Positions 1-13,900 of a DNA stretch of 64,000 nt are shown piece by piece. The DNA is taken from positions 346,181 through 410,180 of the forward strand of contig JAKMXF010000312.1 of assembly GCA_024704765.1 (NCBI GenBank). The letters run 5' to 3'. A program made the position numbers and the translations under genes. Numbering within the stretch: position 1 is the stretch's first letter; the number at the start of each line of letters is the position of its first letter. Source of the DNA: Oopsacas minuta (Eukaryota; Animalia; Porifera). The notes beneath the pieces are model-generated. The model was given only the letters and a program-made list of their open reading frames with translations, did not search any database and was not told the DNA's origin.

Positions 1-107
1 GAGCGATTAGCTAGTAATCTCCTATTAGTATTTTGATTCGTATTGTGTACGTGTATTTGAATTAAGAGTGTTTCGTCAATAGAAAATTTGTTTTCTAGTA
101 ATTGTAA

Positions 108-3100
108 TCATACGTTGTTATGAAGAAATCTAAGGATAGTATTACCCATTACATATAGAGTTAGGTAATATTATTTCTACAAGAGCACCAAGGATTTTAC
201 ACCGTCGGCACAGATCAAAAAATATTTTTAACTCACCAACGAAGGAACGAAGTTCATTCTCTGACGACGCAACTGTTTAACTAACTGGAAAATATCAACT
301 TCATTGTTCTGTTGTAAATTCTGTATACTCTTGTACACAGTATAAACAACACCTGACTTTCCTATACCATCAATACAATGCAATACTATTGGCCGATGCT
401 TGATCACTTCAGTTTCGTTCTGCAATATGTTTAGGATATCTATAACCTCATCTGTATTAACTGGTTCATCGTTTTCATCCCATGAAGTTGAAATTATCTG
501 CGTGAAAGTGTGCATTCTATTTTCATACCAGTTTGTTAACTTTATCACATTTCTTATCAAACCGCCAACTTCTTCGGATTCGACTACCTCCGTGCGGAAA
601 GGCATTACATCTATGAACTCTGGCATATTCGGCCAATAAGGCACGCAATTTGACTGTCGATTGACTATATCAGCGTACTCCTTAGGAGTTGTAATCATAA
701 TCACCATTAATGTCTGTGTTTGGTACAGCATTTGTAGGAAATCTAATATCGTGTCCTCTACAGGGTTAATAGTCAGGATATACTTGTAAGAATCCAGATA
801 GGACGCGTTGATGTAATCCACAGGTAAATCTTCTGATGATAATACAACGCGATTATGGTCGCATGGGAGAGCGTTTTTAATTGGATTTTTGGTGTCATTC
901 AGCATGTCCATTCCTACATAACACTCTAATGGAAATCCCTTTTCACTTTGATACTCGAGTTCGTAGTATTGTTCAAATAGGATAGAGACAGTTCCTTCTT
1001 TCTCAGATTCCATAAACCTCTGGAAAGTGCTAGGAAATTCGGAACCAGCTATAACAGTGTTTTGGTATAGTAATTCTAAAATTGATAAGTAGATGAATTT
1101 GTATTGACGGAAAGTTTGCACCATTTGTGGACGATGTTCTCTCATTTCGTGGACAACTCTATAGATGCTAATTGGCTGTTGATTTTGAATTGCTTCCAAC
1201 AGGTTGAAAAGTGTTAGAAAAGTTCCAGTACGGCCAACACCCGCTGAACAATGTACGACAATAGGCTTTTCAGCGTTTAGAATTGAACTCTTTACAATAT
1301 TCACAAATTCTAGGATATCCTTGAAAGTCGTCGGTACATCATGATCAGGCCATGCTGTGAAATGGAATTGCCGAATGTTTCGAATTAGCGTGCCGTCCAT
1401 CACTGTCATTCGTCTAATAACATGAGATGCAAACATATCTTCACCACAGAATACAACTTTATAACGACCGAAAGTTTCAAGATTTTCAGTCGCAAAATAC
1501 TTTTCGCATTTCTGTTTTCCACCTTCGCGCAAATTTGTTACCATCACAATATCATTGACCTCATGTTCCATTACCATTCTCCAAAAATCCTCGACTGTGC
1601 TTTCCTTGGGGCCCTGTGCTGCAATAAATGTGTGTGGCACGTACACACCCGGTATGTATGAAGCATTAATATAGCTTGTAAGAACACTATTGCCCTCTTG
1701 CATTAGGATTACACGGGATTTATCATAGGGCAAAGTATCAATGAATTTATTCTTCGCGCTACTGCCTTCAATTTTGGCTGCTGTCCATGAATACCTTCGC
1801 TGTGTGCCGCCCAAACTTTTGTATTCACTTTCTAGTGCATTCCTTTGGCTCCATACTGTATCCATGTGATGTTTATAGTATTCAAGTTGGATAGGTTCAA
1901 AATACGGATTGTCTTGAGCATTCTCGTTAATTGTTATGTTCTCATATGCACTTGTACTCGATAGAATTTTTGGGACATTTTGGTGTTGCTCATCAATAAG
2001 ATTAGGAGCAAAGTTTGGATTTGTATATTGTGTATTGTGCTCAATCGATTTAGCTTTCTCCATACTCACAATCTCTGGTTCTTCTCCTAGAAGATTCGAT
2101 TTAACAAATTGCCGAGGTTTACGTGTATTCAACCAAATTAAGAGCGTCAATAGAACCATGAGTATACCCAAAGTCAATAAGAGAATTACTACGACAGCAA
2201 CAACTATAAGTGTTGTTGTTGAATTTTGAGTTTCTGGTAGATTTGTTGCTGCAATATACTCGAAGAAATGTATGATTTCTTTGCTACTTGTTTGTATGGT
2301 GAAAGCATAGGATAGTTCAATACGTATGGTGTAATTTTGATTCGACGTTAGCCCAGTTAGATTGTAGGAGAAGGCTTGTGTCATTCCTGCTATAATATCT
2401 GTATTACCAATTCCGTAGTATATGGTGAACATTTCGTTTGAGTCATTTGTCTGTGGAAATGTTAGATCCCAGGTTATTCCGATTGTGGTAGAGTCTAATG
2501 TTTCTGGGTATATGCCCTTTATTGTTTGCTCAAAGGCTCCTAAAAATAGAATTGATGAAATTCGACAGTAAATTACTACTGTGTACCGTACAAAACGGGA
2601 TATCAGGGACGCCGAAAATGCTGTCCCGTTTCCTCGTATCTAGGAATTCATGCAAAATTATCTCATTACGTCTCCAGAAGTTTCAGTTTCCATAGGCCCC
2701 ATTCTCAGAGGTTACATTGTATAATATCTGTGAATGCAGTATGGATTATGTGATTACATTGTTTTGATCTTACCTGTTACTTTGAGTTCAAAATCAGCTG
2801 TTGTATATACTGTACTATTAGATGAACTTCTCTTCACTGCAAATATCCCTGCGTGCTCTACCATTAGAAGCTCTATTGTGTATGGCTTGATTGCTAGTTC
2901 GGTACGTTCTTGGTTATCAAGATCAATTGTCCATAGACAAGTGATTAAACTGCAGTCAAATTGGATGTTAGTTGTCAACACTGGAATCTCAAGTGTTTGT
3001 GCCATTGGGAACATATTGTTGGTTGCATCATCGAATGTCATTGTTGTATCACCATAGGTAATAGTAACAACAACAGAATCTGCAAATATAATAATAATAA

Positions 3101-6100
3101 TAATTTTAGAGTTTTCAAGATTTTGGCATAGATTTTGCCTGGATTTTGTATGAACCCTTCAAGTGTATAGCGTGAACTTCGAAGGCTCATCATTTGGCTA
3201 CACTAATATATAATTACCTCTTATATCCAAGTTTACGCCTCCTAATACAGTAGCAGGGCTCATTCTGTAAAAGCATCTCAGTACAAAATCTCCACTACCT
3301 ACAACACTGAACACTTCATCCAAACTAACAGGATTCCCAAACTCAGGAGAGTATATTCTATCTTCAGATGTGAGTACTCTTTCTGGTGTCCAGCGTATTG
3401 AACTATCTGCAATGGTAGAGTCAATATTTTCATAGTATAACATTGTAGGAGACCCTGCTGTATATCCTATCTCTATTGTGCTATTAAAGTCATCGAGTGT
3501 AACTGAAATATGAAATATAAAAAGCCAATTTTCTAAAGTTTGCATTTTCACTTACTTATGGTAGAAGTAGGGTCTAAAATGAAAATGTTATGAGAAATTG
3601 ATCCATCAATAACGCATGCGTATTGCCCAGGTTCTTCAGCAGAAATTTCGAGTATACTGAATCCTGTTGTTGAGTTAAAATCCGCACTTGATGTTTTACT
3701 GATGACATGATCACTACCTACAATACTATACAACCATTCAATGTTGGAAGTGCTGTTGTCTGTTGCACACACTATTGATACACTGGTTGATGGCTGAATT
3801 GCTGTACCATTGGATAATGGTGTTATCTCGTTTAAGCCTTCAATTCTGCCAATATTTGTGCCTATAACAGGATTATTAACTTGAATTCAGCGTTGCTATA
3901 ATATGAAGAATTTTGGTTTTGACATGAACATTGCAGAAACTATGAACTTAGGGCATGAACCTTTGGCATAGACTTTAAGTTGGCAACACTTAATTTTAAC
4001 TTTTAGCTGTGTAAAGGGCACCTTCTTAAAATGTTATACAAATATATCAACACAAATCATTACAGTATAAATACCTTGTGTGAAAACTGAAATCTTGAGT
4101 ACCACCTCCTCTTGGCTTGATTCCCAAAATTTTACAGAAAATTGAACATCTCCATTATGCTGTAGTGACATTATAGGAATATTCAAATCGGTTCCTATTT
4201 CATATCCTCCTAGAGATTGACTCCAGCTTCCGAACAGAAGATTACTTTGTATTACTACATTTTGTGCGTAAGTAGGTATCTGTATTATGGTATTACCATA
4301 GGGTTGTCCGAAGTATTGTGGGTCAGCTCCATCGTAAAATACAGCAAGATTTGCCTCACCTAAATATTGTAAAAAGTATATAATTATAGTTATTTAAGGC
4401 CTAGTATAGTATACTATTGGTAAGGTAAATTGTCCAGAGACATAATTTTCGGGAAGAAGGCACTCTGAACTTTACTTTGCAATTTTGGGCACAATAAACT
4501 GATTTGTACTTTTTGAGATTTGTCCATGCAAAGTGATTGGACCTTGCTGGCATAAAGTCTTACCCTGGATGTTTAATGTTGCTTGAATTCTGATGTCAGA
4601 CTTAATTGTTACATAACAATATATTTCCATGATACTTGGCAGTTCAATATTCACAAGTGACCTAACTGTAACAGGATTTGGATGGGGGGAACCTCCGATT
4701 AGCCAAGATACATTTCTCAGGTTGATAGTTGTATCCATGGGGTCACAATGTAGTTGTATTCCATCACTGTCTATACCCACTGTATAATTGTAAGTGTTTC
4801 CCCCAGTAACAGCTAAATGTATATGATTAGATATTCCACTTATATACAGTCGAATTCGGCTTTTTACTCGTGCGTTTTGTGGGGTAAAAACTCGATTTAG
4901 ACTGTATAACAATAAACTCTAGAATACTTACCAGTTGTTGCTGTTGGGCTACGAGTAAATACACCCATATAATATGTGACTTGAATACCATCCATTGTTA
5001 TTTCACAATTATAATATCCTTCTAAATCTAATGTAGCTTTGAATTTACCAATACCATACAAAGTTGTAGCAGTAAGGCCTTGCACATTTTTACTAAATGT
5101 TGTTTGATGCCCCCAGTAAACAAGGGAACCCGGTTCAGATGTACAAACTAGCCAAGTGTCAGCGTAGAAAATTGAGTTGATAGGCTGCACTGTATATTGC
5201 CCTGAGGAAGTTTCTATCGCAACAGGACTACCTATAGGAATAGAAAATAACAAACTGTGAAACGCAATAGGAAGTCAAAGATTTATGCAAACCTGTTTGA
5301 GAAATATCTATAGCGAATATTTCCTTCACTTCACCATTCCAAGTTTGATTCGTGTTGAAACTGTATCTTCCAGGTGATTCCAATGTAAATAATTGAATTA
5401 TTGCAGTGTTATTTGGTATAAAGGGGTAAATAGGAATTGTCCATGTACCAGACTCTATATTCGTTATAAGTGTGACGTCAGTTGAATAGAGTGGAATTGT
5501 TATAGAGATTGGATCAGGGCTTACAGTACCGTAATTTGTAGTATCAAATCCAGTGTAACTTAGCATGAGCATAGGATCTATTACAAATGTTCAAATCAAA
5601 AGATAGAATTTTTAGGCATTTAATAACTAACCATATATAGTAATCTGTACTGAAAATGTTGCTACACTTTCCATATAGCAGGTTAAATTCAAACTAGCCG
5701 CTATATTATTGATAACAACAGGATTGTTGTAGGTTGAATTTGTTGTTGTATCTCTCCATGTTATTGTGTTGAGGTTGATTGAGGTATTTTCTTGATCACA
5801 TAATAACTGTATGTCATTTTGGTCAATACCTTTGATATAGTAGTAAGACATCCCAGCAGTTGCAACTAGATAAGTTAGACATTGTATTAGTAATTTTGAA
5901 AATTGAAGCTGCAGAATTATCAAGCAATAGAATGGGAGTATTGTATTGTCAAAATTGAATCTTTTTTCAAATTTTAAGCGACAAAAATGGTGTAAAACTA
6001 TTTATATTAGAAGAATTATATACCCAAAGTGCACATCTAGACCCAAAACTACATCCTTGTACCAATTTTCATTTAAATTGGACAACTAGATTTCCCAAGA

Positions 6101-7103
6101 CAGCGCCTACGGAGATTTTTGGATTATCACTTCTGGTATTAATAACATACCTGTAGTAACCATAGGATTAAATACAGCTACTGTGTAAGTTACATTCCTC
6201 ACTTTACAGGTATAATACCCCTGTTGTGACGTCATTATTTCGATGCTACTTATTCCTGTAGTTGTATTCCATAATGATGTAGTTTCGTTTTCTGTTGCAT
6301 CTTGATTGGGTTGGTATGTCCATTGTATTTGCTGAGAAGTGTCATTTGTAGCGCATACAAGTGTTGTATTAGTGTGGAATATGTTGTTATCAGATAGTAT
6401 AATGTATTCAGCAGATGCTGTTTGTTCAGCTAGTCTTGTTCCTAATGTGGAAATAGTGAATATTTGTAGTAATTAACATACGTGTAGCATTTTAATGGTG
6501 ATTTCTCGACATATATGAATTTCACCTTTATCCATGGTTCAAAAGTTAAAAATGACTTACAGACTAGCTGTGCTAATACAATTGCATTGCCCAATATACG
6601 TACACCAATTATTTGTGTAACTTTAATAGGAATTTCGCGAAATGATCATCCATATAATTCCGTGGATACTCTTATTTGAAAGCTAACTCACCAACAACAG
6701 AGATACTTATCTGTATCGCTAACACATCACTTCCATTCTTAGAAACATAGAACCTGTACAGCCCACCGTGATTAGCTGCGAATACTGGAATTGCAAATGT
6801 ACTATCTGTAATATTGGTATTATCTGGAGCTTGCCATTTCCCTGTGACGTTAGTTTCTAAAGTAACATTAAGTGTTAATACTGTAATATCAGCTGTGTTA
6901 ACTTCAGGCGGGAGAAGAGCATGAGTCTCAATCGTAGTGTGAGATAGAGTAATAACTGGTGACCCTATAAGGAAATAATAGATATTAAATATGTCTATTT
7001 GTAAGTGTTTGCTATAGTTACCTTCTGCAGTTGACTGATGTATTAAAACTGCGAACAAAACAAGCAAATATCCACAAAAATGGTGCATAATCAATGAACG
7101 CAT
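108..7103 (-). CDS. Receptor-type protein tyrosine phosphatase 'RPTP-A': signal peptide, 10 Ig-like exons, FN3, TM, active D1 + D2
   Basis: Hand-spliced exons (descending): 7103-7022 signal peptide MRSLIMHHFCGYLLVLFAVLIHQSTAEG; 6964-6692; 6441-6151; 5865-5632; 5577-5293; 5231-4932; 4812-4564; 4359-4075; 3861-3556; 3502-3218; 3079-2774 (each a multiple of 3, phase 1); 2539-237 (FN3, TM LIVVAVVVILLLTLGILMVLLTLLIWL, D1 with WPDHDVP, HCSAGVGRTG, QTFRQY; D2 HCIDGIGKSG); probable last exon 176-108 with in-frame TAA at 171-173. Confidence 0.88.
2577..2721. mobile_element. MITE family M1 copy (Tc1/mariner-like TA|CAGTGTAACCTCC termini), degenerate, in RPTP-A intron
   Basis: Left end tactgtgtaccgtacaaaacggg, internal cagggacgccgaaaatgct shared with other M1 copies, right end gaggttacattgta. 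Confidence 0.65.
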
Positions 7104-7910
7104 TATATTATTAACTCAATAACAAATGTAATACAGTTTTTATACCTTGCCTAATTCCAATGTAATTTGAGTTCAAGTCATTGTATCTTCTGCATACCAT
7201 ACACCCTTGGTATATGTTGAATGATATCTGGTTTACAGAGGTATATCATATTGCAGTGTTATTTGCTATTGAGTATATTAGAGGGTGGATATGCGTAGTA
7301 TTGTATGTGGATTAGGGTTGAACGGTGGTATTAGTGCTAAGGTTGGAATTCCAAGGGTATTTATTGGTTGCTAATTAGGAAATCAAGCTATTAAATAGGG
7401 TGGCTTGTATTATATGGGAAGTTTTCTGATGTAATTTCTAGCTATTGCGACAATTTTAGATTTTTTCCGATTTTTTCCATAATCTTAACGAGACTTTGAA
7501 CTTGAATTTCTACTCATTTTATCGCCATTAGATTACACCAAAATATAGCCGAATTTTCTCCATAATTTGTAGAGGAAATTTCCCATTAATAATAACAGGC
7601 AATTGTGTAATACATTACTCATATACTGATTTCAAATAAGCTGTGGGAGTTCTAACAGTCTCAACACAATTAATCTCAAATTAAATTCTCCGTTTTATGC
7701 ATACAAATGTATTGGAGAGATTATTAAGTAATTTGACTGAGGTTTGCTGTGCTACCAGTTTATGGAAAAATTAACTTTAGAGATATATTCTTACATTTAT
7801 CTATGTTGTAGGCAGTCAAAGAGTTAAATTACTCAAATTACTATTTAATAATAGAATACTTGTGTATTGGAGAAGTTCTGTTTGGAAAGATATTATTTTA
7901 TGATGAAGGA

Positions 7911-10900
7911 ATGAGAACAGAATATTTATTTATTTTGATAGTATTTGTGCTGCAGATATTGTCAGTTATTGGACAAGGTAATTAATATATGTGAATTTAT
8001 TGGGTATTGCTTATAAGAACACTGGTTATCTAATATAGGAACCATCCTCTTGAAAACGGTTATGAGAACATATATTGCTACTCCTAAGGGTGTTCTTATA
8101 AGCAATAACCATTGTGTATACTATTAGCAGTTAAATCCGTACTCATTTTGCTGAGTACACAAGTATAAATCGAAAATTCCTTATTTATAATATATAGAAG
8201 GGAGGTTATTTAATTATTTTCGTAAGAGTTTTGATGGGATTTATGATTTCTTAATTTTCTAGACACTCAAATAACAATATCAACCACAACCACCCCTTAC
8301 ACAAACTTACCTCCTGAAAGCAACACTGCAGAAATTCTTATACTATCTCTGAATGTTACTTTAGAAGCTAATATAACAGGGATGTGGGAGAGACCTGGCA
8401 AAACATATAGTCACGATAAATCAATCAATTTTGATGTTTTCACTGTCGACTTAGCTGGTTCGTACAAATTTTATGCTGATGGAATCAGGACTGTATCGAT
8501 ACAGATTGACATTTCTGCTACAGGTAAATATTGTATATATTACGTCTGTAGGTAAGCACTTCAGTAAATATTGTGGAATCCGCCTATTAGCAACCGTTTT
8601 CATCGACATGGCCATAAAGTGATGGTTTGTATGGTAATTTGTGTGTATAATAGCCTAATTGTTTAATAATAGAACAGAACTCACAGGAAAAGTATTGGCT
8701 ATACAACTAGATATATCTGTCGATCACGGTTGAAGATTTATGATCGTAATGAAGAGAAACACAAATAAGTTATTACTTCGTTTTCTGTATTTCCGACAAT
8801 TTCGATATTTTCACACCTTGATGACGTCATAAAATCACACATTTTGCAGACTGTATTCGGTTGAACTAATGTATATTGAAAAAAGTTTTGATATACAACA
8901 TTTCCTCCAGGTAGTAACTTTGCTGAAATGACGTCATCTGGAGTATACACAATATTATCTGATAACAATGTGTTCTATAATGACAGAACACTAGTATGTG
9001 CGACTAGTGACACTAGTACAGAGCCAGAATGGAGTCGAAATGGAGCAGTGATCACTGGAACCTGGGATGATGTAACAGGAATAAGTACACTAGACATAAC
9101 TATATCACAACAAGGATATTATACATGTACTCCTGTATCAGGGACAAGTTATACTGTAGCTATATTCAATCCTGATATTACTATAAGTGAGTTGTATTAA
9201 AGATGAATCTTTTTAGCATTTGGAAATTGTCAATGTTGTTCTTACTTTCTTTATAATATACACTTTCTTGTGTTTAGTTGCACAAGGCGGAGTTACTTAC
9301 TATTACACTAAAGATATAGATCCCTCTAATATACAGCTCTTGTGTACTACAACTGATCTTACTAAGGCATTGGAGAGTATAGATTGGACTATTCCTGGGC
9401 AAACTAATAGAAATCCTGTTCTTCTCGAAGAACTCCCAAATTCCATCACTCAATTGAACTGTTCTGCAGGGCTAGTAACTGCCAAACTTAGAATACAAGG
9501 TAAATTGGCATATGTTACTGGTCCTGATTTTCTATATAGCATAAGCGTAAGATCCAATTCACAACTCCTACCCATCCAAAGAGAGGCTATTCATATGTAT
9601 TTATAGATATAGGTAGGCCACTTCCTAGGGGGCCCAAAGCATCATTTCTCCATTTTCTGCCTATTATAGAAAATGCTATACATAGATCACTGACTCAATT
9701 TACCGATACCTACTTATTTCTCTATCCCATTAGGACCGCCTGTAATAACACTATCCACTACGCCAGATATAACATATTCTATGTTACCTACTGCATCAGA
9801 GGCTAATAATGCTGATATCATGGCCTTGTCTAAGAATGTTACGCTGGGAATTAACCTCGTAGGAGAATGGAAATTTCCTAACGGTTCTAGGAGCCAATCC
9901 AACCCTTTAGTATTAGAATTATTTACAGCTAATCTAGCTGGAGTATATGAATTCTATATAACAGATTGGAATGGTGTAGATATACTAGCAATACAGATAA
10001 CATTATCTGCTATGCGTGAGTGTGTTCTATGTGATATTTAACTGTAGAAGGATCCAATGTATTTATATGTTTATCTTGTATAGCTTATTTTGCGGAGTTG
10101 TCACAGGGAGAATACACACTATTATCTGGTAACAATGTGTTCTATCATGACACGACGCTAGTATGTGGGAGTAGTGACACTAGTACAAAGCCAGAATGGC
10201 GTCGAGATAGAGAAGTGATCACTGGAATCTGGGATCCTATAACGGGAATAAGTACACTAGACATTACTACATCACAACAAGGATATTATACATGTACTCC
10301 TGCATCAGGGACAAGTTATACTGTAGCTATATTCAATCCTGATATTACTATAAGTGAGTTGTAATTCATATTATATATTATAAAGTGAATTTTGTAGATA
10401 GTGTTGTTGTTACCATTTTTATCATGTATCTGTTCTAATGTTTAGTTGCAAAAGACGAAGGAATTTACTTTTATACTCAAGATGTAGATCCGATAGATAT
10501 ACAGCTATTGTGTACTACAACTGACTTCTCTATAGCACTGAACAATATAAAATGGATGAATGGTGGAACAATGTATAATAATCCTGCTATTCTTAATGAT
10601 ATCCAAAATACATTCACTACATTGACTTGCAATACAGGAAATATACAAGTAAACCTGATGTTACAAGGTAACTACAATTATACACAAGTCTGTCTATCAT
10701 TATTACTTATATGAGTTATATCGTAATTTACTACTTAAATATGATACTTTCCATTAGGACCTCCAATTCTCACGGTAAGTTATCCAAGTTTGACTACTCC
10801 CTACTCAACATCTGTCAGCAGCACATATAGCATCACAATCTTAACACAGGACGTTACTATAACTAGTAACCTGATGGGAACATGGCAATCAGTTGTCAGT

Positions 10901-13900
10901 TCTCCTGCAAGTAACATAGCTATCCAAGTTGGAACATTTACTAAAGACAAGGCTGGTTTATACAGTGTATATGTTACACCTTGGGATGGAACATCTGATA
11001 TACCCGCTATACAATTGGATATTTCCGCAATAGGTAGAGTTGATATGTTTGGAATTATTCTCAAATCTGTGCACTTTTCCATACAAATGCCTCCCTAATT
11101 AACGTAGTATACTGTGTGTTCATATTTTCTTCTCTTTAGGTAATAACTTCGCTGAAATGACGTCATCTGGAGTATACAACTTCCTTACTGGGTTTGAAGT
11201 GTTCTATGTTGATACTACATTAATTTGTGCTACAAGTGATTCAACTGAACCTCAATGGAGTTATATAGGAATTCCAAGTGGTAACAATACACCATCAGGC
11301 GTATGGAATTCTGATACAGGGCTAAGTACATTGAATATACAAACAACAGCACAAGGATATTATAAATGTAATAAAGGAGCACTCTTCTCGGCATCTATAT
11401 TTGATCCTAGTATTACAACTGGTAAGATAGAAATAGAAATGTGTATTTCTATAATGAATATTTGAACATATTCATGTGTATTTAGTTGTGAAGCAAGGAG
11501 AAGTATACACATACTCATATACTAAGGGAGTAGATTCTTCAGATATACAACTGTTTTGTACAACTAGTATTAACAGAGCATTCCCTAACATGAAATGGGG
11601 TTCATTTGGGAATCCTGTAATTCTCAATAATGTACCAAACCAAGAGTTTGATACATTTGATTGTACATTTGGACCCATTGGCATACTAAGTATCGATCTA
11701 TTAGTACAAGGTGAGTACATTTATACGTAATTTCCTTCCAATACACTTTGAATGCATTATTCCAAAATTTATTTCAATAGGACCACCTGTAATAACACTA
11801 TCCACTGCACCAGATACAACATATTCTATGTTACCTACTGCATCAGATAACAATAGGGCAAATATACCAGTGTTATCTGAGAATGTTATGCTGCAAACTA
11901 ATCTCTTAGGAAGATGGCTAAAACCTGATGGATCTTCTACTGATGGAAACTTTATAGAATTCATACTATTCACTGTAGATCTTGTTGGTATTTATCAGTT
12001 TAATGTAACAAATTGGGAAAACCAGGAAGAAAAGGCAATACTGATCAATATTTCTGCAGTTGGTAAGATATATTTATATACAGTTGAACTCGGAAAACAA
12101 AATTAGCATATACTAACCGATGGATGTCTTATCCGAATATTATTCCTATACAATTCATACAATATTTGATAATCCGCTTTGGAGAAAAGTACGTACAAAT
12201 CGAGTTCTAGTGTATTTCCTTATATTATAGGTACCAACATTGGAATGGATTCAAATTCCACTATTACAACAATTTATATGGTATATTCTAGGTACTGCAT
12301 TTATAACCATGACACAAAACGACTCTCAGATTATTTATCAAGAACTGAATAATAATTCAATAATAAATATGACAGGGAATGCATCCTTAGCTTGTGCTAC
12401 GTCACATATACCAGCGGAGGAAAATGATATAGAATGGTTCTATCAAAAAACAAGCATAGCAGATCCGGGAGCAATAAGAGGGGATTATAATCTAACAATT
12501 GGGCTGAATGTATTGGTTACTGACCAACCTGGATTTTACAGATGCGAAGTGTCAAACGAAAATCGTGAAAAGTTCATATATTTTGTAGGAATAGTGCCCA
12601 CTTCTGATGATATTCAATCAAGTGAGTGATTTACAAGCATTGATTGCATTTACAAATTGTGAAAATTAGGTCTGCACAGGATGTAATTTCAGTGTTTAAG
12701 CTACTATCATTGTATTTATCCTCATTTAGTTGGCAGAGATGATCTAGAGACTGCTAAAACAATTGATTATATCTTAGGAGAACCTCTAATGTTGTATTAT
12801 TATGATGTAAATATACCTATAACCGCAATTCGCTGGGGTGTTGAAGTTGGGTCAACTGAATTAGAAGAATTTCTGAATCCAGTAGATGTCAATGAGGTGT
12901 TTGCAAAGTTTGGAAGCGGTGCGTACAAGTTCCGTTGTTTCTATAGACAGAGTCCTATTACTAATGTTGGAAATATATCACTAAATATGAAAGGTAAAAT
13001 TCAATGCATTTTCTATTACACGTGTCATAACACACTAATTTTCAAATATTTCACTAGATAATGCTTCTTTGATGGTTGAGAGTGACGCAATATGACAATA
13101 TTCAATGATAGTGGAAATAAAATTTTCCGATCCGGAAAGAATAGACATTGAGATTGTCTCTAAGAATGTGCTAATTTCCTGCAGTTTAAGTCCGTGTGGG
13201 ACAAATTGAAAAAGATGGAAATCTTTTAACTACTGAAGAGATAAATATAGTTTCATTGAGGATAGAGAATCAAGGATTATACTCATTGAGGAGAAATACT
13301 AGCGAAGGAGTTGAATATACTACTGCTGCCTTCAATCTAATTGTTACAGGTATTTGCCAATTGTTGCAAATTATCTATTGAATTAATGCGTTTGAAACTG
13401 CCTCAACAAAACATTATTGCGAATTTTAATAATTCATTGCCTAAAATTTTGTGAATCTAACGTCGATATAACCATCCTATTTGCAAGTATACATAATATT
13501 GTGACACCTTATCATATTGTAGTCATCTATGAATGTTCTATAAGTATAACTAATCTAATATATTATTTAGGCTATATAGAACAGAACATAATAAATCTGA
13601 CCCCAAGGTATATAAATGATACTTCTATCCAAATATCATGGCAATTACTAATATCCTTACCTGACAACGCAGAGGAAACATTCACCGTTACATATCAAAC
13701 ACTAAATGGCGTAATACAAACAGCTGGAATAACAACAGAACTAAACTATAACTTAACTGATCTCATCCCCGGTCAAACCTATACAATTTGGGTTGAATTG
13801 TCGTATACATACACTTTTATGTCGCCAAAACTTTCAATTGAAGTTACCATCCCCGCACTGGATTTCCCACTGATATATGTCGTAATTGTTGTCATTTTAA

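Noticed and set aside
171-173. Alternative genetic code (TAA = Gln)
   Set aside because: TAA terminates PET100, RPTP-B, SNRNP27, the pseudokinase and others at expected positions, and multi-kb exons have no in-frame TAA/TAG.
400-2229. Antisense ORFs over the RPTP, DMXL and ABCA coding exons
   Set aside because: Typical shadow ORFs of long coding exons, with no motifs.
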